Assembly (NCBI GenBank): GCA_965216785.1
Contig: OZ244197.1
Span: forward strand, 2,336,001 to 2,400,000
Source: Thermodesulfobacteriota bacterium
Lineage (GTDB): Bacteria > Desulfobacterota_D > UBA1144 > Nemesobacterales > UBA2774
Direction: 5' to 3'
Length of the DNA stretch: 64,000 nt
How positions within the stretch are numbered: position 1 is the stretch's first letter; every line of letters starts with the position of its first letter. A program made the position numbers and the translations under genes. This document shows positions 38,667 to 48,514 of this stretch, piece after piece. The notes under the pieces are model-generated. The model was given only the letters and a program-made list of their open reading frames with translations. It searched no databases and was not told the DNA's origin.

Positions 38667-38700
38667 TGTCATTCTGAACTTGATTCAGAATCTCATCTTT
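38667..38700 (+). repeat. GTC-tagged palindromic repeat (REP-like)
   Basis: TGTCATTCTGAACTTGATTCAGAATCTCATCTTT; 32/34 match to reverse complement of 56860-56893. Confidence 0.85.
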
Positions 38701-38727
38701 ATTCTTAACAATAAACTAAAACCTTTA

Positions 38728-40038
38728 CTATCCCTTCTCATAAGGATCATCCATCTCGGGGTGCCATAGCTTAAAGTGGTCCTTATGCATTTCTGTGTAA
38801 GCGCCCTCTTCGTAATACTTATCATAAAAATCAAGATCAAGATGGTGCGCCTGAAACACAAGTCTCGTGAACATCGGGTCCAGGAATGCCGGGAAGCGTC
38901 CGTAGTTTTCATATACATAGGTGCAAAAATCCTTTACAATCTCGATCCTCACCTCGCTCGGGTGGTACTCGTCCGCCAGTACTCCTTCTGGCTCTTTGTA
39001 AGGGTAGGGGTTGTCCTCCTCCCAAAAGCGCCCACGTTCACGAAGGAATTTATCAACCGCTTCTCTCATGTCAGACACGTATGGCGGGCAAAGGGCTTCG
39101 AAAACACCGTCTCTTCCCACAGGTACAGGTGGCTTAGAGCTCCTAATGGTCTTCTCAGGGTTAGTGAACGTAAACCCGAGCCCTTTATACTCTGGGTTCA
39201 CACCGAGCGCGTAGTGAGGCAGAAGCCCCGTAAACGCCCATCCTCCCAGGCCCAGAGTCTGGAGAGCGAGGTTCATGTTCTGGCATATAAACGCCTGCTC
39301 TACGTTAAGGGTTGTCAGCACCCTAAGCTCTAGATCAAATAGCGAAAGCTCCACCTCTTTTCTGATGTATCCCTTCTCGATCCACTTGTCCAGCCCGCAA
39401 GAGCGCCCTCCGTTAAGCTCATCAACTATGTTAAACCCGTACTTTGAGCCGAAATAAATAAACAGCAGCACCATATACTCAACCGTAGTGTTCGTAACGG
39501 GGACAAAAAAAGTAGTCCCGGGCTTATTGCAATTCCAGGCGTTAAAATCAAAGAGTCCCGGCTCGCCTTTCGGAAGATCGGCCCTCCCGTTCTCTAGCTT
39601 GAGCAGGTTCATACGGAATAGCTCAAGTACTCTGTTCAGAACTTCCTGCTCTGATTTGCCGGCGAATATAGATGTCTCTCCCGCCTGGGGCATCAGGTCG
39701 TGGAGCTTTACCATATACACCCCGTTGTCGTTCGTATAGAAAAGCTCTGTCGAGTGTGAGTTGCAAGAGCACGGCCAGCTTCTGCCTGTCCACTGAAATA
39801 GCCAGGATATCCCGGTCCTTGGCAGATCGCCCAGCGAAAGCCCGGTCATCCCGGTGCCAGCCCAAATGAGATACGCCTCCTCAAGCTCTGTAAGCGGTAC
39901 GGGTTCGTGCTCGGACTTATGCTTGAGTGTTCCCTCGGCTATCTCCATCCCGAGCCCGAAACGCCGGGAGCGCCTCGTGAATATAGCGTCCATAAAACTG
40001 TAGTTAAGCGCTTTCTCTAGACCTTCTGGGATTTTCAA
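38728..40038 (-). CDS. Hypothetical protein, nitroreductase-like
   Basis: AIFTRRSRRF, R.WP...N, ICQNM.LALQ.LGLGGW resemble FMN-binding nitroreductase motifs. Confidence 0.7.
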   Translation of the reverse strand: MKIPEGLEKALNYSFMDAIFTRRSRRFGLGMEIAEGTLKHKSEHEPVPLTELEEAYLIWAGTGMTGLSLGDLPRTGISWLFQWTGRSWPCSCNSHSTELFYTNDNGVYMVKLHDLMPQAGETSIFAGKSEQEVLNRVLELFRMNLLKLENGRADLPKGEPGLFDFNAWNCNKPGTTFFVPVTNTTVEYMVLLFIYFGSKYGFNIVDELNGGRSCGLDKWIEKGYIRKEVELSLFDLELRVLTTLNVEQAFICQNMNLALQTLGLGGWAFTGLLPHYALGVNPEYKGLGFTFTNPEKTIRSSKPPVPVGRDGVFEALCPPYVSDMREAVDKFLRERGRFWEEDNPYPYKEPEGVLADEYHPSEVRIEIVKDFCTYVYENYGRFPAFLDPMFTRLVFQAHHLDLDFYDKYYEEGAYTEMHKDHFKLWHPEMDDPYEKG

Positions 40039-40169
40039 AAGAGACCTCCGGCAGACGAAATTTCGACAGTTCGGTTATTTGCGCCCGAACTATTATATAG
40101 AATTACACAAATAAAGTTATATTGGAAGTTTCTTTGCTTTGGAGTAATTAGTAAGAAGTAATAAGGCCG

Positions 40170-40628
40170 TTAGTCACGGCAGTCGCTGCATACGCCGTTT
40201 AGGAGGAGCGAGTAGCCTTCGATCTTGTAGTCCCCGAGCGTCTTGTCAGGTACGTCAAGCTCACTTAGCGACTCGTCATACACGTCTTCTACTTTCTTGC
40301 AGCTGGTACATACTATGTGGTGGTGAGGGGTAAGGTTCGCGTCGTAACGGGCAGCGTTATACAGCACGTTAACGACGGATATCAGCCCGAGCTTCTCAAA
40401 AGTCTCAAGAGTCCTATAAACAGTGGTGAGCGATATATTGGGGTAGTAGTCCCTTATCTTATTATATATCGTCTCTGTGCTCGGGTGCTGATCTGTGCTC
40501 GCAAGCTCTTTGTATATGGCAATCCTTTGCGGGGTGACCTTAATCCCAAGCTCCTTACTTCTGCTTATAAACTCGTTTACTCTTTCTTCAATAAACTCAG
40601 CGCTGCTTTCTATCATCACTTGTTCCAT
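40170..40628 (-). CDS. perR: Fur-family regulator, PerR-like
   Basis: TPQRIAI, HPS, ISLTTVYRTL, RYD...HHHIVC..C, C-terminal CxxC. Confidence 0.8.
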   Translation of the reverse strand: MEQVMIESSAEFIEERVNEFISRSKELGIKVTPQRIAIYKELASTDQHPSTETIYNKIRDYYPNISLTTVYRTLETFEKLGLISVVNVLYNAARYDANLTPHHHIVCTSCKKVEDVYDESLSELDVPDKTLGDYKIEGYSLLLNGVCSDCRD

Positions 40629-40754
40629 GTTTATATTTTGTCTAATTAATTCTACACGAAGGCTTCTCAAATATCCAGACAGTATTTATTTGAGCTGCAG
40701 AATGGACTTTATTTTCCCTTGTGGATAGTGCCGATAATCTGTAAGTTATTGTAA

Positions 40755-41390
40755 GTGAGCGCGATAGAAGAAATCAAGAGGCAAAAGGTAATAGCCGTCG
40801 TAAGGGCTGAGAGCGCGGACAAGGCGCTTGAGTTTGCACAGGGGTGCATCGATGGCGGCGTTGGGCTTATAGAGGTCACATTCTCTTTCCCCGGGGCACA
40901 AAGCGTTATATCTGAGCTGGCCGGCATATCCGGGATCACTGTGGGCGCCGGTACCGTGCTCGGAGCCCCAATGGCGGAGAAGGCGGTAGAGGCGGGCGCG
41001 GATTTTCTGGTATCTCCTCATACAGATAAAGAGATCATTACCTACGCGAAACAAAAAGGTGTCCCGACCATACAGGGGGCGCTCACGTCCTCAGAGATCG
41101 TAAACGCATGGAAACTGGGGGTCGATATGGTAAAGGTGTTCCCCGTCAGTTCTGTTGGGGGCGCCTCTTATATAAAAGCGATTAAAGAGCCTTTGCCGTT
41201 TGTGGATATTATGACAACAGGCGGGGTGAATTATGAGAATTTCACAGACTTTTTAAGTGCGGGCGCTTCTGCCGTAGGTCTTGTAAGCGCGCTTTTGGGA
41301 AAGGGCGGAAAGATAGACAGAAGCGTAATATCCGAGAACACAAAGAAAGTGATAGAGAAACTTTCCCAGGATTTGCAGTCTCAAAGTTAA
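40755..41390 (+). CDS. eda: KDPG/KHG aldolase
   Basis: IAVVR, IEVT, VGAGTV, VKVFP, TGGV. Confidence 0.92.
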   Translation: MSAIEEIKRQKVIAVVRAESADKALEFAQGCIDGGVGLIEVTFSFPGAQSVISELAGISGITVGAGTVLGAPMAEKAVEAGADFLVSPHTDKEIITYAKQKGVPTIQGALTSSEIVNAWKLGVDMVKVFPVSSVGGASYIKAIKEPLPFVDIMTTGGVNYENFTDFLSAGASAVGLVSALLGKGGKIDRSVISENTKKVIEKLSQDLQSQS

Positions 41391-41430
41391 TAGTTGTAAA
41401 CTTTGAGTATCAGAAATAAATAGCGAAAAA

Positions 41431-42924
41431 ATGGCTACCAATGATATAAATATTCTATTCGTCTCTTCCGAAATGGAGCCCTTCGTCAAAGTAGGGGGCA
41501 TTGCGGACGTAATAGGCACTCTACCCATAAGACTTGCGTCATTAGGTGCGGACGTCCGGGTGGTCATCCCATATTACCGACAGGTCAAAGAGAACTTAAA
41601 GGCACTCAAGCTCACACCTAAAACCCTGACAAAGAAACCAGTGTTCTGCCTTGACTGGCTGCCGTTTGAGTGTGAGATTAAAGAGGTTAAATATAAAAAC
41701 ATAAAGGTATATTTTATATGCAGAGACGAGCTTTTTGACAGGCGCGACGTCTATACGGACCAAAAGGGAGAGTTCCAGGATAACGACATTCGCTCGGGGT
41801 TTTTATCGCTCGGGGCGCTCGAGATCGCCAAAGCCGTAAAGTTCAGGCCCGACATCATACACTGCCACGACTGGCAGACCGCGCTTGTACCCATTTGTCT
41901 CAGGTGGCGAAAGCACCTAAAGGACGATGAGTTTTTTAAAGACTCCAAGGTCGTGTTCACGATTCACAACATCTCATATCAGGGCGAGTTCGGAAAGGAT
42001 ATTCTGGACAAGTTCGGCCTGCCGGCCTATCTATTTACCTCACAGGGACTCGAGCTGTTCGGAAAAGCAAACCTATTAAAAGGCGCTGTCCTTTACTCCG
42101 ACATGGTTACCACTGTGAGCCCCTCATATGCCGAGGAGATAAAGAAAAGAGAGTTCGGATACGGACTCGACGCGGTGCTAAAATGGATTTCCCGCAAGAA
42201 CAACAACCTTACGGGCATACTAAACGGCATAGACTACGACATGTGGGACCCGGATAATGACCGGGTGATTTATGAAAACTTTAATCCCAAGACAACTTCC
42301 AAGATAACAGTGAATAAGATAATGCTCAGAAAAGAGCTCGGCCTCGAGCCCGCGGAGGAAAAGCCGCTTCTGAGCGTAGTATCAAAGCTCACAGAGCAAA
42401 AAGGCCTCGACCTTCTCATAGAATGTCTCCCCCAGATCATTGATCTTGGCTACCAGGTGGCCGTTCTGGGCTCGGGTGACAAGAAATTTGAGAACATGCT
42501 CCGAAAAGCCAAGAACCGTTATAAAAGAGATCTGTCCGTGACAATCGGCCTCGATGATAAGCTCGAGAGGAAAGTCTACGCGGGCTCCGATATGTTCATG
42601 ATGCCCTCAAGGTTCGAGCCCTGCGGTCTGGGGCAGATAATAGCGCTTCGTTACGGCACTGTACCGGTTGTGAGAGGGACCGGCGGACTTCTCGACACAG
42701 TCCGGGACTACTCGGAAGATAGCTCTAAGGGCAACGGATTTATCTTCCACGAGCTCTCAAAGCTTAGCCTGCTGGACGCGCTCATCCGTGCAATCTCAGT
42801 CTATGAAGATAAGAAAAAATGGGAAAGGCTGGTCAAACGGGCTATGAAGGAAGACTATTCCTGGCGCATGTCCGGTAAAAAGTATTTAGAGATGTATAAA
42901 AGCCTTCTTAATCAAAGTAAATAA
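41431..42924 (+). CDS. glgA: Glycogen synthase
   Basis: KVGGIADV, HCHDWQT, TIHN..YQG, MPSRFEPCGL, TGGL.DTV. Confidence 0.95.
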   Translation: MATNDINILFVSSEMEPFVKVGGIADVIGTLPIRLASLGADVRVVIPYYRQVKENLKALKLTPKTLTKKPVFCLDWLPFECEIKEVKYKNIKVYFICRDELFDRRDVYTDQKGEFQDNDIRSGFLSLGALEIAKAVKFRPDIIHCHDWQTALVPICLRWRKHLKDDEFFKDSKVVFTIHNISYQGEFGKDILDKFGLPAYLFTSQGLELFGKANLLKGAVLYSDMVTTVSPSYAEEIKKREFGYGLDAVLKWISRKNNNLTGILNGIDYDMWDPDNDRVIYENFNPKTTSKITVNKIMLRKELGLEPAEEKPLLSVVSKLTEQKGLDLLIECLPQIIDLGYQVAVLGSGDKKFENMLRKAKNRYKRDLSVTIGLDDKLERKVYAGSDMFMMPSRFEPCGLGQIIALRYGTVPVVRGTGGLLDTVRDYSEDSSKGNGFIFHELSKLSLLDALIRAISVYEDKKKWERLVKRAMKEDYSWRMSGKKYLEMYKSLLNQSK

Positions 42925-43106
42925 TCCCGCTCAATACTGTCCCGGGTTCTGAATCTCAATCCACATATTCGGTTTATCTTCACCATATTTCACGCTTTGA
43001 TCATTATTGCTGGTTCATATGATACAAATGCGGCGATATTGCAACAATATTTTTGTCTTCTGAGTTTAATATTACAAGGCACTAAAAACGAGTTTGAAGG
43101 AGAAAT

Positions 43107-44741
43107 GTGATGGAACGTAAGCTAAAGGCAATAGCGCTTATATTTGCAATTATCATGGGCTTTGGGATAACAGAGCGCGCCGAGGCCCGCACAGAAGTTA
43201 CACTGGACGTTTTCTACGACGCTCTCTCTCCGTATGGCGAGTGGATACAGCACGATTACTACGGATACATTTGGCAGCCTGTAGGAGTTGATGAGTACTG
43301 GCAGCCATACCGAGACGGCAACTGGCAGTACTCAGATGAAGGCTGGATATGGGTATCGGGCGAGCCCTGGGGCTGGGCCACGTATCACTACGGCAGGTGG
43401 GTGCCGGACGAGTATTACGGCTGGGTATGGATTCCCGGCGTAGACTGGGCCCCGGCATATGTAGAGTGGTACGACAGCCCGGGATACATAGGCTGGGCTC
43501 CACGGCCTCCCGACAGGAATTTTTTTCTAGAGATCGGTATCTCAGTAGGAGGCTACGGTTACTATCAGCCGGGATATGCCTTCAATTTCAGTTACTACAA
43601 ACCCTACAAAAGACGCCACAGAAGGCACCACCATCATAAAAGACACCACTACTACGCTCCCCCGGAGCACTGCGTCTATGTTCCCTACGAGCATTTCTCT
43701 CACAAAAACGCAAAGCTCGTAGCCGTAGGCGGTCCATACAACACTGTAGTTCACAGGAACACCACTAATATTACCAACGTCACGGTCATCAATAACAAAA
43801 CTGTTTACAAGGGCCCTGACAGACACCATGTGGAGCGCCGCTCGGGTAAAAAGATAAAACGGATTGACGTCGTCGAGCGCGATACGGTTACATACAGGGG
43901 AGGGCGCGACCTTACTAAAGTAAGGGGCAATAAATATGAGGTCTACAGGCCAAAAGTTGTAAAGAGCGGCCACGAGAGGCCCAAGTCCATTTCAAAAAGG
44001 CATAACGGGAAGCGGGGTTATGAGCCGGGATATAGAAAAGGCATGGAAAAGCTCGGAGCGTCTGAGAATCATTCTGTGGTTAACAGAAGCGGCGGCAATC
44101 TAAGGGGCGACTTTACCAAAAGAGAGGGATACAAGCAAAACGCAAATCAGAAATACGGGAATAAATACAAAGCCGGGAACCGGGGCTCAACGCTCGCTCC
44201 GGTAAAGAGCCCTAAGCTGGAAGTAAACAGGGACATAAACTCAAACAGCTACAAAAGCCAAAGCCCTTCAAGGTATGAAAAGACCTATAGTAACAAGAAC
44301 GGCATAAATAGAGATCGGGGACAAAGACAGTACAGAAATAAGTCCGAGAACTTTAAGCTTACAGGAAACTCTTCTAAAAACAGTGTGAGTAACAGGAGCA
44401 AAAACTTTAAGGCGATTAAGAGCCAGGAGAGAATCCAAAATTCTAAAAAGCCCCTCGGCGTTTCAAACAAAAGCCTGAGCCCGGCAAAAAACCAAAGGGA
44501 TAGGGCCGCGTATAGCTCTCAAAAAAATCAAAATAAATCCCGCTCACTCAACAAAGCTCAGCGGCAAAAGAGCTATACGAACCGGCAAGTGAATAAAAGC
44601 TACACATATAAGAAACCTGCAAATAAGAGTAATTCCAAAAACGGCGTTTCAAGAAACCCGGTTAAAAGGAGCTTTAACAACAGCAGGCAGAGTTTTGATG
44701 GCTTTGGTCAACGCTCGCTTAACCGTCAGGTGAGAAGGTGA
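43107..44741 (+). CDS. Secreted DUF6600-like Trp/Tyr-rich protein with long basic disordered tail
   Basis: Signal peptide; FYDALSPYGEW, PWGWATYHYGRW, WAPAYV.W; Lys/Asn/Ser/Arg-rich C-terminus. Confidence 0.8.
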   Translation: MMERKLKAIALIFAIIMGFGITERAEARTEVTLDVFYDALSPYGEWIQHDYYGYIWQPVGVDEYWQPYRDGNWQYSDEGWIWVSGEPWGWATYHYGRWVPDEYYGWVWIPGVDWAPAYVEWYDSPGYIGWAPRPPDRNFFLEIGISVGGYGYYQPGYAFNFSYYKPYKRRHRRHHHHKRHHYYAPPEHCVYVPYEHFSHKNAKLVAVGGPYNTVVHRNTTNITNVTVINNKTVYKGPDRHHVERRSGKKIKRIDVVERDTVTYRGGRDLTKVRGNKYEVYRPKVVKSGHERPKSISKRHNGKRGYEPGYRKGMEKLGASENHSVVNRSGGNLRGDFTKREGYKQNANQKYGNKYKAGNRGSTLAPVKSPKLEVNRDINSNSYKSQSPSRYEKTYSNKNGINRDRGQRQYRNKSENFKLTGNSSKNSVSNRSKNFKAIKSQERIQNSKKPLGVSNKSLSPAKNQRDRAAYSSQKNQNKSRSLNKAQRQKSYTNRQVNKSYTYKKPANKSNSKNGVSRNPVKRSFNNSRQSFDGFGQRSLNRQVRR

Positions 44742-44770
44742 AGGTTTCAAGACAAGTAAAAGTGTAAACG

Positions 44771-44862
44771 ATGAGGTCTCGGGTCTAAGTCCAGAATGAC
44801 AAATATCACGTCATCCTGAACCGTGTCCTGAACTCGATTCAGGATCTATTCAGGATCTCATC
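44771..44862. repeat. Pair of REP-like palindromes, the second with a nested hairpin
   Basis: ATGAGGTCTCGGG..CCAGAATGACA, then GTCATCCTGAA..[TCCTGAACTCGATTCAGGA]..TTCAGGATCTCATC. Confidence 0.8.
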
Positions 44863-44928
44863 TTTTTATCTGTTATTTCATTGAATGACATTTTCAACAA
44901 GTATCCAACCTGATATCATATTCACACC

Positions 44929-45303
44929 TTGAGTACTAACGAGCGTGCAGAGAAAATACATATTTCAGAGATAGATGAGTGTCTCGCTTCAAAAACACTG
45001 GCACGAAACGGAGCATCTATAGGTATTCATGTCGAGAAATCGGGCGACGAGGGCTATATCCTGGTTACGGATACCGAAGAGAGCGGGGCATTAAATGATA
45101 AAGCGGTAGACTTTGAGCTTTCCCCTTCTGAGTATCAAAACCTTGAGGACAAGGAATTGGACGATCTCTTAACAGCGCCCCTTATCACAAGCTCGGCTCT
45201 TGAATTGTTCGACTTCCTTTTGCTTCGGTTTTCAAGCTTCAGCTGTTTCTTAGAATTTACGGGGAACGCCTGGAAAGTAGATGTTTACAACTTCAGAAAA
45301 TAA
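44929..45303 (+). CDS. Hypothetical protein
   Basis: 124-aa ORF filling a gap; no motif recognised. Confidence 0.6.
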   Translation: MSTNERAEKIHISEIDECLASKTLARNGASIGIHVEKSGDEGYILVTDTEESGALNDKAVDFELSPSEYQNLEDKELDDLLTAPLITSSALELFDFLLLRFSSFSCFLEFTGNAWKVDVYNFRK

Positions 45304-45331
45304 CATACATATAAAGCCTTCTTGCCCTTAG

Positions 45332-47122
45332 CTAATGGGTTTTGCCGTTCAATACCTTTTCGATTGTACTGCTAAGCGCATTTACGCTATAGGGCTTTTT
45401 AACAATATCGACAAACCCGTATTTCTTATATTCGGACATGACAGGGTCGTTTGAATAACCGCTTGAGACCACAACTTTTACATCAGGATCAATGGATCTG
45501 AGAGCTTTGGTCGCTTCGCATCCGCCCATACCTCCGGGCACGGTGAGATCCATTATTACAAGGTCAAAACCTCCGTTACTCAGGGACTGCTTATATTTAT
45601 TTACCGCTTCCTCGCCGTCTGACGCGAACTCTACCTCATAACCAAGTTTTTTCAGCATCCGCCCTGTCGCGATTTTAATTAAGTTTTCATCATCCATCAG
45701 CAATATCTTGCCTCTACCCTCGGATATATTGTTCACTGTTTTTACAAACGTTTCAGAGGGTTTATCGCTGGCAGGTAGAATTACTTCAAACTTTGTTTGC
45801 TTCCCGGGTTGTGATGTTACATCTATACAACCTTTATGGTTATTTACGATCGAATATACGCTTGAGAGACCAAGCCCATGACCTTTTTCTTTTGTAGTGA
45901 AATAAGGGTCAAATATCTTCTGTAAATTTTCCTCCGGTATCCCTATACCACTGTCTTCAATTGCGATCTTAAGATATTTCCCGCTTTCGGACTCAATGAG
46001 TTCTGATTGATTGACTAAAAATTTACTTATACCTATTTTAATAGTCCCGCCCTCAGGCATAGCTTGCTGTGCGTTTAAAACCAGGTTCTGTATGACCTGG
46101 CTGATTTGTCCCTGATCGGCTTCAATGCCCCATAAATTATCCTCTATATCGAACTCACATTTCACGTTTGATCCGCTTAACGTAAAATTGGCAACCGTTT
46201 TAATAAAGCCGCTAAAATCGGAGATCGGTTTTTTGATCGGCGAGCCGCCCTTAGAAAAAGTCAACAGCTGCGTCACCAATTCAGAGGCCCTCACAGCAGC
46301 TTCCTCAGTCTCGAAGAACAACGTAAAAAGCTCATTATCTGTATTTGGATGGGTCTTGGCAATGCTGAGGTTACTCATTATCGATGTCAGTAAATTGTTA
46401 AAATCGTGCGCGATACCGCCAGCTAAGATGCCCAAGGATTCAAGCTTTTGTGATTTGCCGAGCCTTTCCTCCATCATTTTTCGGTTCGTTACGTCCTGCC
46501 ACATACCTACAATCAAATTGTCCTTGTCGTTCGGTGTTTTAATTAGCTTTGAGTAGTCGTAAAACCACTTGTATGAACCGTCGGCTGTACGCCATAGGTA
46601 CTCGTACTCATGAGATCCTTTATCCAGTAATTCATTAATATTCTTTAAGACGTGAGGTTTTTGATCCGGGTGGATATTATCTGCCCAAAAAGAGTTATTC
46701 GAGGTAAAGTCCTTAGGCTCATAACCGCTAATTTTTTTTACATTGTCGCTTACATAGGTTGTCTCGAAATTGCCTTCGGTTTTACATGTGTACAAGGCTA
46801 CAGGCAGGGATTCCAGCATAACTTGCAGTTTGTCAACTGTGGATTCCAATTCGAGCTCAACTTTCTCTCGCTCTTTGATTTCTTTCCTAAGTTTAATCGA
46901 TCTATAAAGTGAGAAGAAAAAGACTGCAACAAAAGACACTGCGGCAACACCTATAATTTCGTCCAGCTCCCATGGTTCGTATAGTGTCAACATGTAGTGG
47001 AGCTTCTCAAATATATCTAGATAGCTGGATATGATATAAGATATGACGAAGAAAACTATAAAGAATACAAATTCCTTATAGTCATGGAGTATATGTTTAA
47101 GAGTTTTTTTCCAGGCACTCAT
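45332..47122 (-). CDS. Hybrid sensor kinase (TM-PAS-HisKA-HATPase-REC)
   Basis: IHPD PAS, GIAHDFNNLL, NLVLNA, FDPYFTTK, GLGL, LLMDDE/MDLTVP receiver. Confidence 0.95.
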   Translation of the reverse strand: MSAWKKTLKHILHDYKEFVFFIVFFVISYIISSYLDIFEKLHYMLTLYEPWELDEIIGVAAVSFVAVFFFSLYRSIKLRKEIKEREKVELELESTVDKLQVMLESLPVALYTCKTEGNFETTYVSDNVKKISGYEPKDFTSNNSFWADNIHPDQKPHVLKNINELLDKGSHEYEYLWRTADGSYKWFYDYSKLIKTPNDKDNLIVGMWQDVTNRKMMEERLGKSQKLESLGILAGGIAHDFNNLLTSIMSNLSIAKTHPNTDNELFTLFFETEEAAVRASELVTQLLTFSKGGSPIKKPISDFSGFIKTVANFTLSGSNVKCEFDIEDNLWGIEADQGQISQVIQNLVLNAQQAMPEGGTIKIGISKFLVNQSELIESESGKYLKIAIEDSGIGIPEENLQKIFDPYFTTKEKGHGLGLSSVYSIVNNHKGCIDVTSQPGKQTKFEVILPASDKPSETFVKTVNNISEGRGKILLMDDENLIKIATGRMLKKLGYEVEFASDGEEAVNKYKQSLSNGGFDLVIMDLTVPGGMGGCEATKALRSIDPDVKVVVSSGYSNDPVMSEYKKYGFVDIVKKPYSVNALSSTIEKVLNGKTH

Positions 47123-47348
47123 AATCTTTTACAGTACATATTTTCGAGTCGTTTATTCACATTGCTAAATAATCGTAAATATATATATTTTAGCACCTTT
47201 CATAACAGAATAATATTTAATGATAGCTTAATGTTACCTAAATTAATAGTATCTACCTTTATACTTTATTCCATTAGGTTCTCGCTTTATTTCCTAAGGG
47301 TTGAGCGCGACTAAAGTTAGCAGTAGGGTGAGTGCAGAGTTTCCGGCT

Positions 47349-48425
47349 TTAAAAGCGGTTGATCACTTCATAGTAGGTATTTCTCTGAGCGGGTGTGAAG
47401 CCTGCGGAGCGTATCATATGCACAAGCTCATCCAGGCTTGCGCGGTATTTGTTCTCAGCGCATGTGAGTACGTTCTCGTCAAATAGTGTCCCTCCGAGGT
47501 CACTTGCCCCATAGTGCATCGAAAGTGAACCCACTTTGTTGCCCTGGGTGAACCAAGAGCCCTGTATATGGGCGAAGTTATCCAGAAAGATTCTCGAGAG
47601 CGCAAGCACCCTCAGGTAGCGGTCTCCGCCCACTTCGTTCGGAAGCTTTCTTTCAAGAAATGTATTTTTAGGTTTGAACGTCCATGGAATGAAAGCAAGG
47701 AAATTGCCTGTTTCGTCTTGGAGAGTGCGAATGCGCTCCAAGTGCTCGATGATATCCTCATCTTCCTCAAAGTGCCCGAACATCATCGTGGCAGTGGTTT
47801 TAAACCCTTGAAGGTGGGCTTCTCTGGTGACTTTCATCCACTCATCGGCGTTTATCTTAAGGGGGCTGATTTTCTTTCTGACCCTATTGGTCAGCACTTC
47901 GGCGCCTCCGCCCGGTATAGTTCTTAGCCCCGCGTCCCAGAGCTGCTTTAATACATCTTGAGTGCTGATACCAGAATACTTGGCGATTGCGCTTATCTCA
48001 GGGGCCGAGAACATATGCAGATGAAGATCCGGAATCTCTTCGGTAGCCCTTTTCACAAGATCGATATAATAATCAAGCCCGATCTCGGGGTTATGCCCGC
48101 CCTGAAGCAGCACTGTCGTAGCGCCGTTATGATAGGAAGTCCTTAATATCTCAATTAATTTGTCGATACTGAGAGTATAGGCGTCCGTAGCGCCAGGGGG
48201 TCTCCAGAACGCGCAGAACAGGCATTCCGTATCGCACACATTCGTGTAATTCGGGTTTGTGTCCGCAACGAAGGTGACTGTGCCGTCGGGGTGGAATTTC
48301 CTCTTCTTCGAGTCCGCAAGCGCCCCCATGCGGGAGGTGTCGCACTCCTTGAGCATATGGAGCCCTTCTTCAGGGGAAATCCTCTCATCATTCATTATTT
48401 TGCCTATTATCTCGTTTACTTCCAT
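47349..48425 (-). CDS. mqnC: Cyclic dehypoxanthine futalosine synthase (radical SAM)
   Basis: NYTNVCDTECLFCAF, LLQGGH, PGGGAE, FIPW.F, QGSWFTQG. Confidence 0.88.
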   Translation of the reverse strand: MEVNEIIGKIMNDERISPEEGLHMLKECDTSRMGALADSKKRKFHPDGTVTFVADTNPNYTNVCDTECLFCAFWRPPGATDAYTLSIDKLIEILRTSYHNGATTVLLQGGHNPEIGLDYYIDLVKRATEEIPDLHLHMFSAPEISAIAKYSGISTQDVLKQLWDAGLRTIPGGGAEVLTNRVRKKISPLKINADEWMKVTREAHLQGFKTTATMMFGHFEEDEDIIEHLERIRTLQDETGNFLAFIPWTFKPKNTFLERKLPNEVGGDRYLRVLALSRIFLDNFAHIQGSWFTQGNKVGSLSMHYGASDLGGTLFDENVLTCAENKYRASLDELVHMIRSAGFTPAQRNTYYEVINRF

Positions 48426-48514
48426 AGTGTAGTTAGTGAACCTAATGGTGCTCTTAGTGTCAATCCGTGAATAAATCTTGAGCGCTTGAAAAGTTAGTGT
48501 AGAGTATTCTTTAA

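Noticed and set aside
45332-47310. AT-richer hybrid kinase region as a mobile island
   Set aside because: No flanking repeats or mobility genes seen
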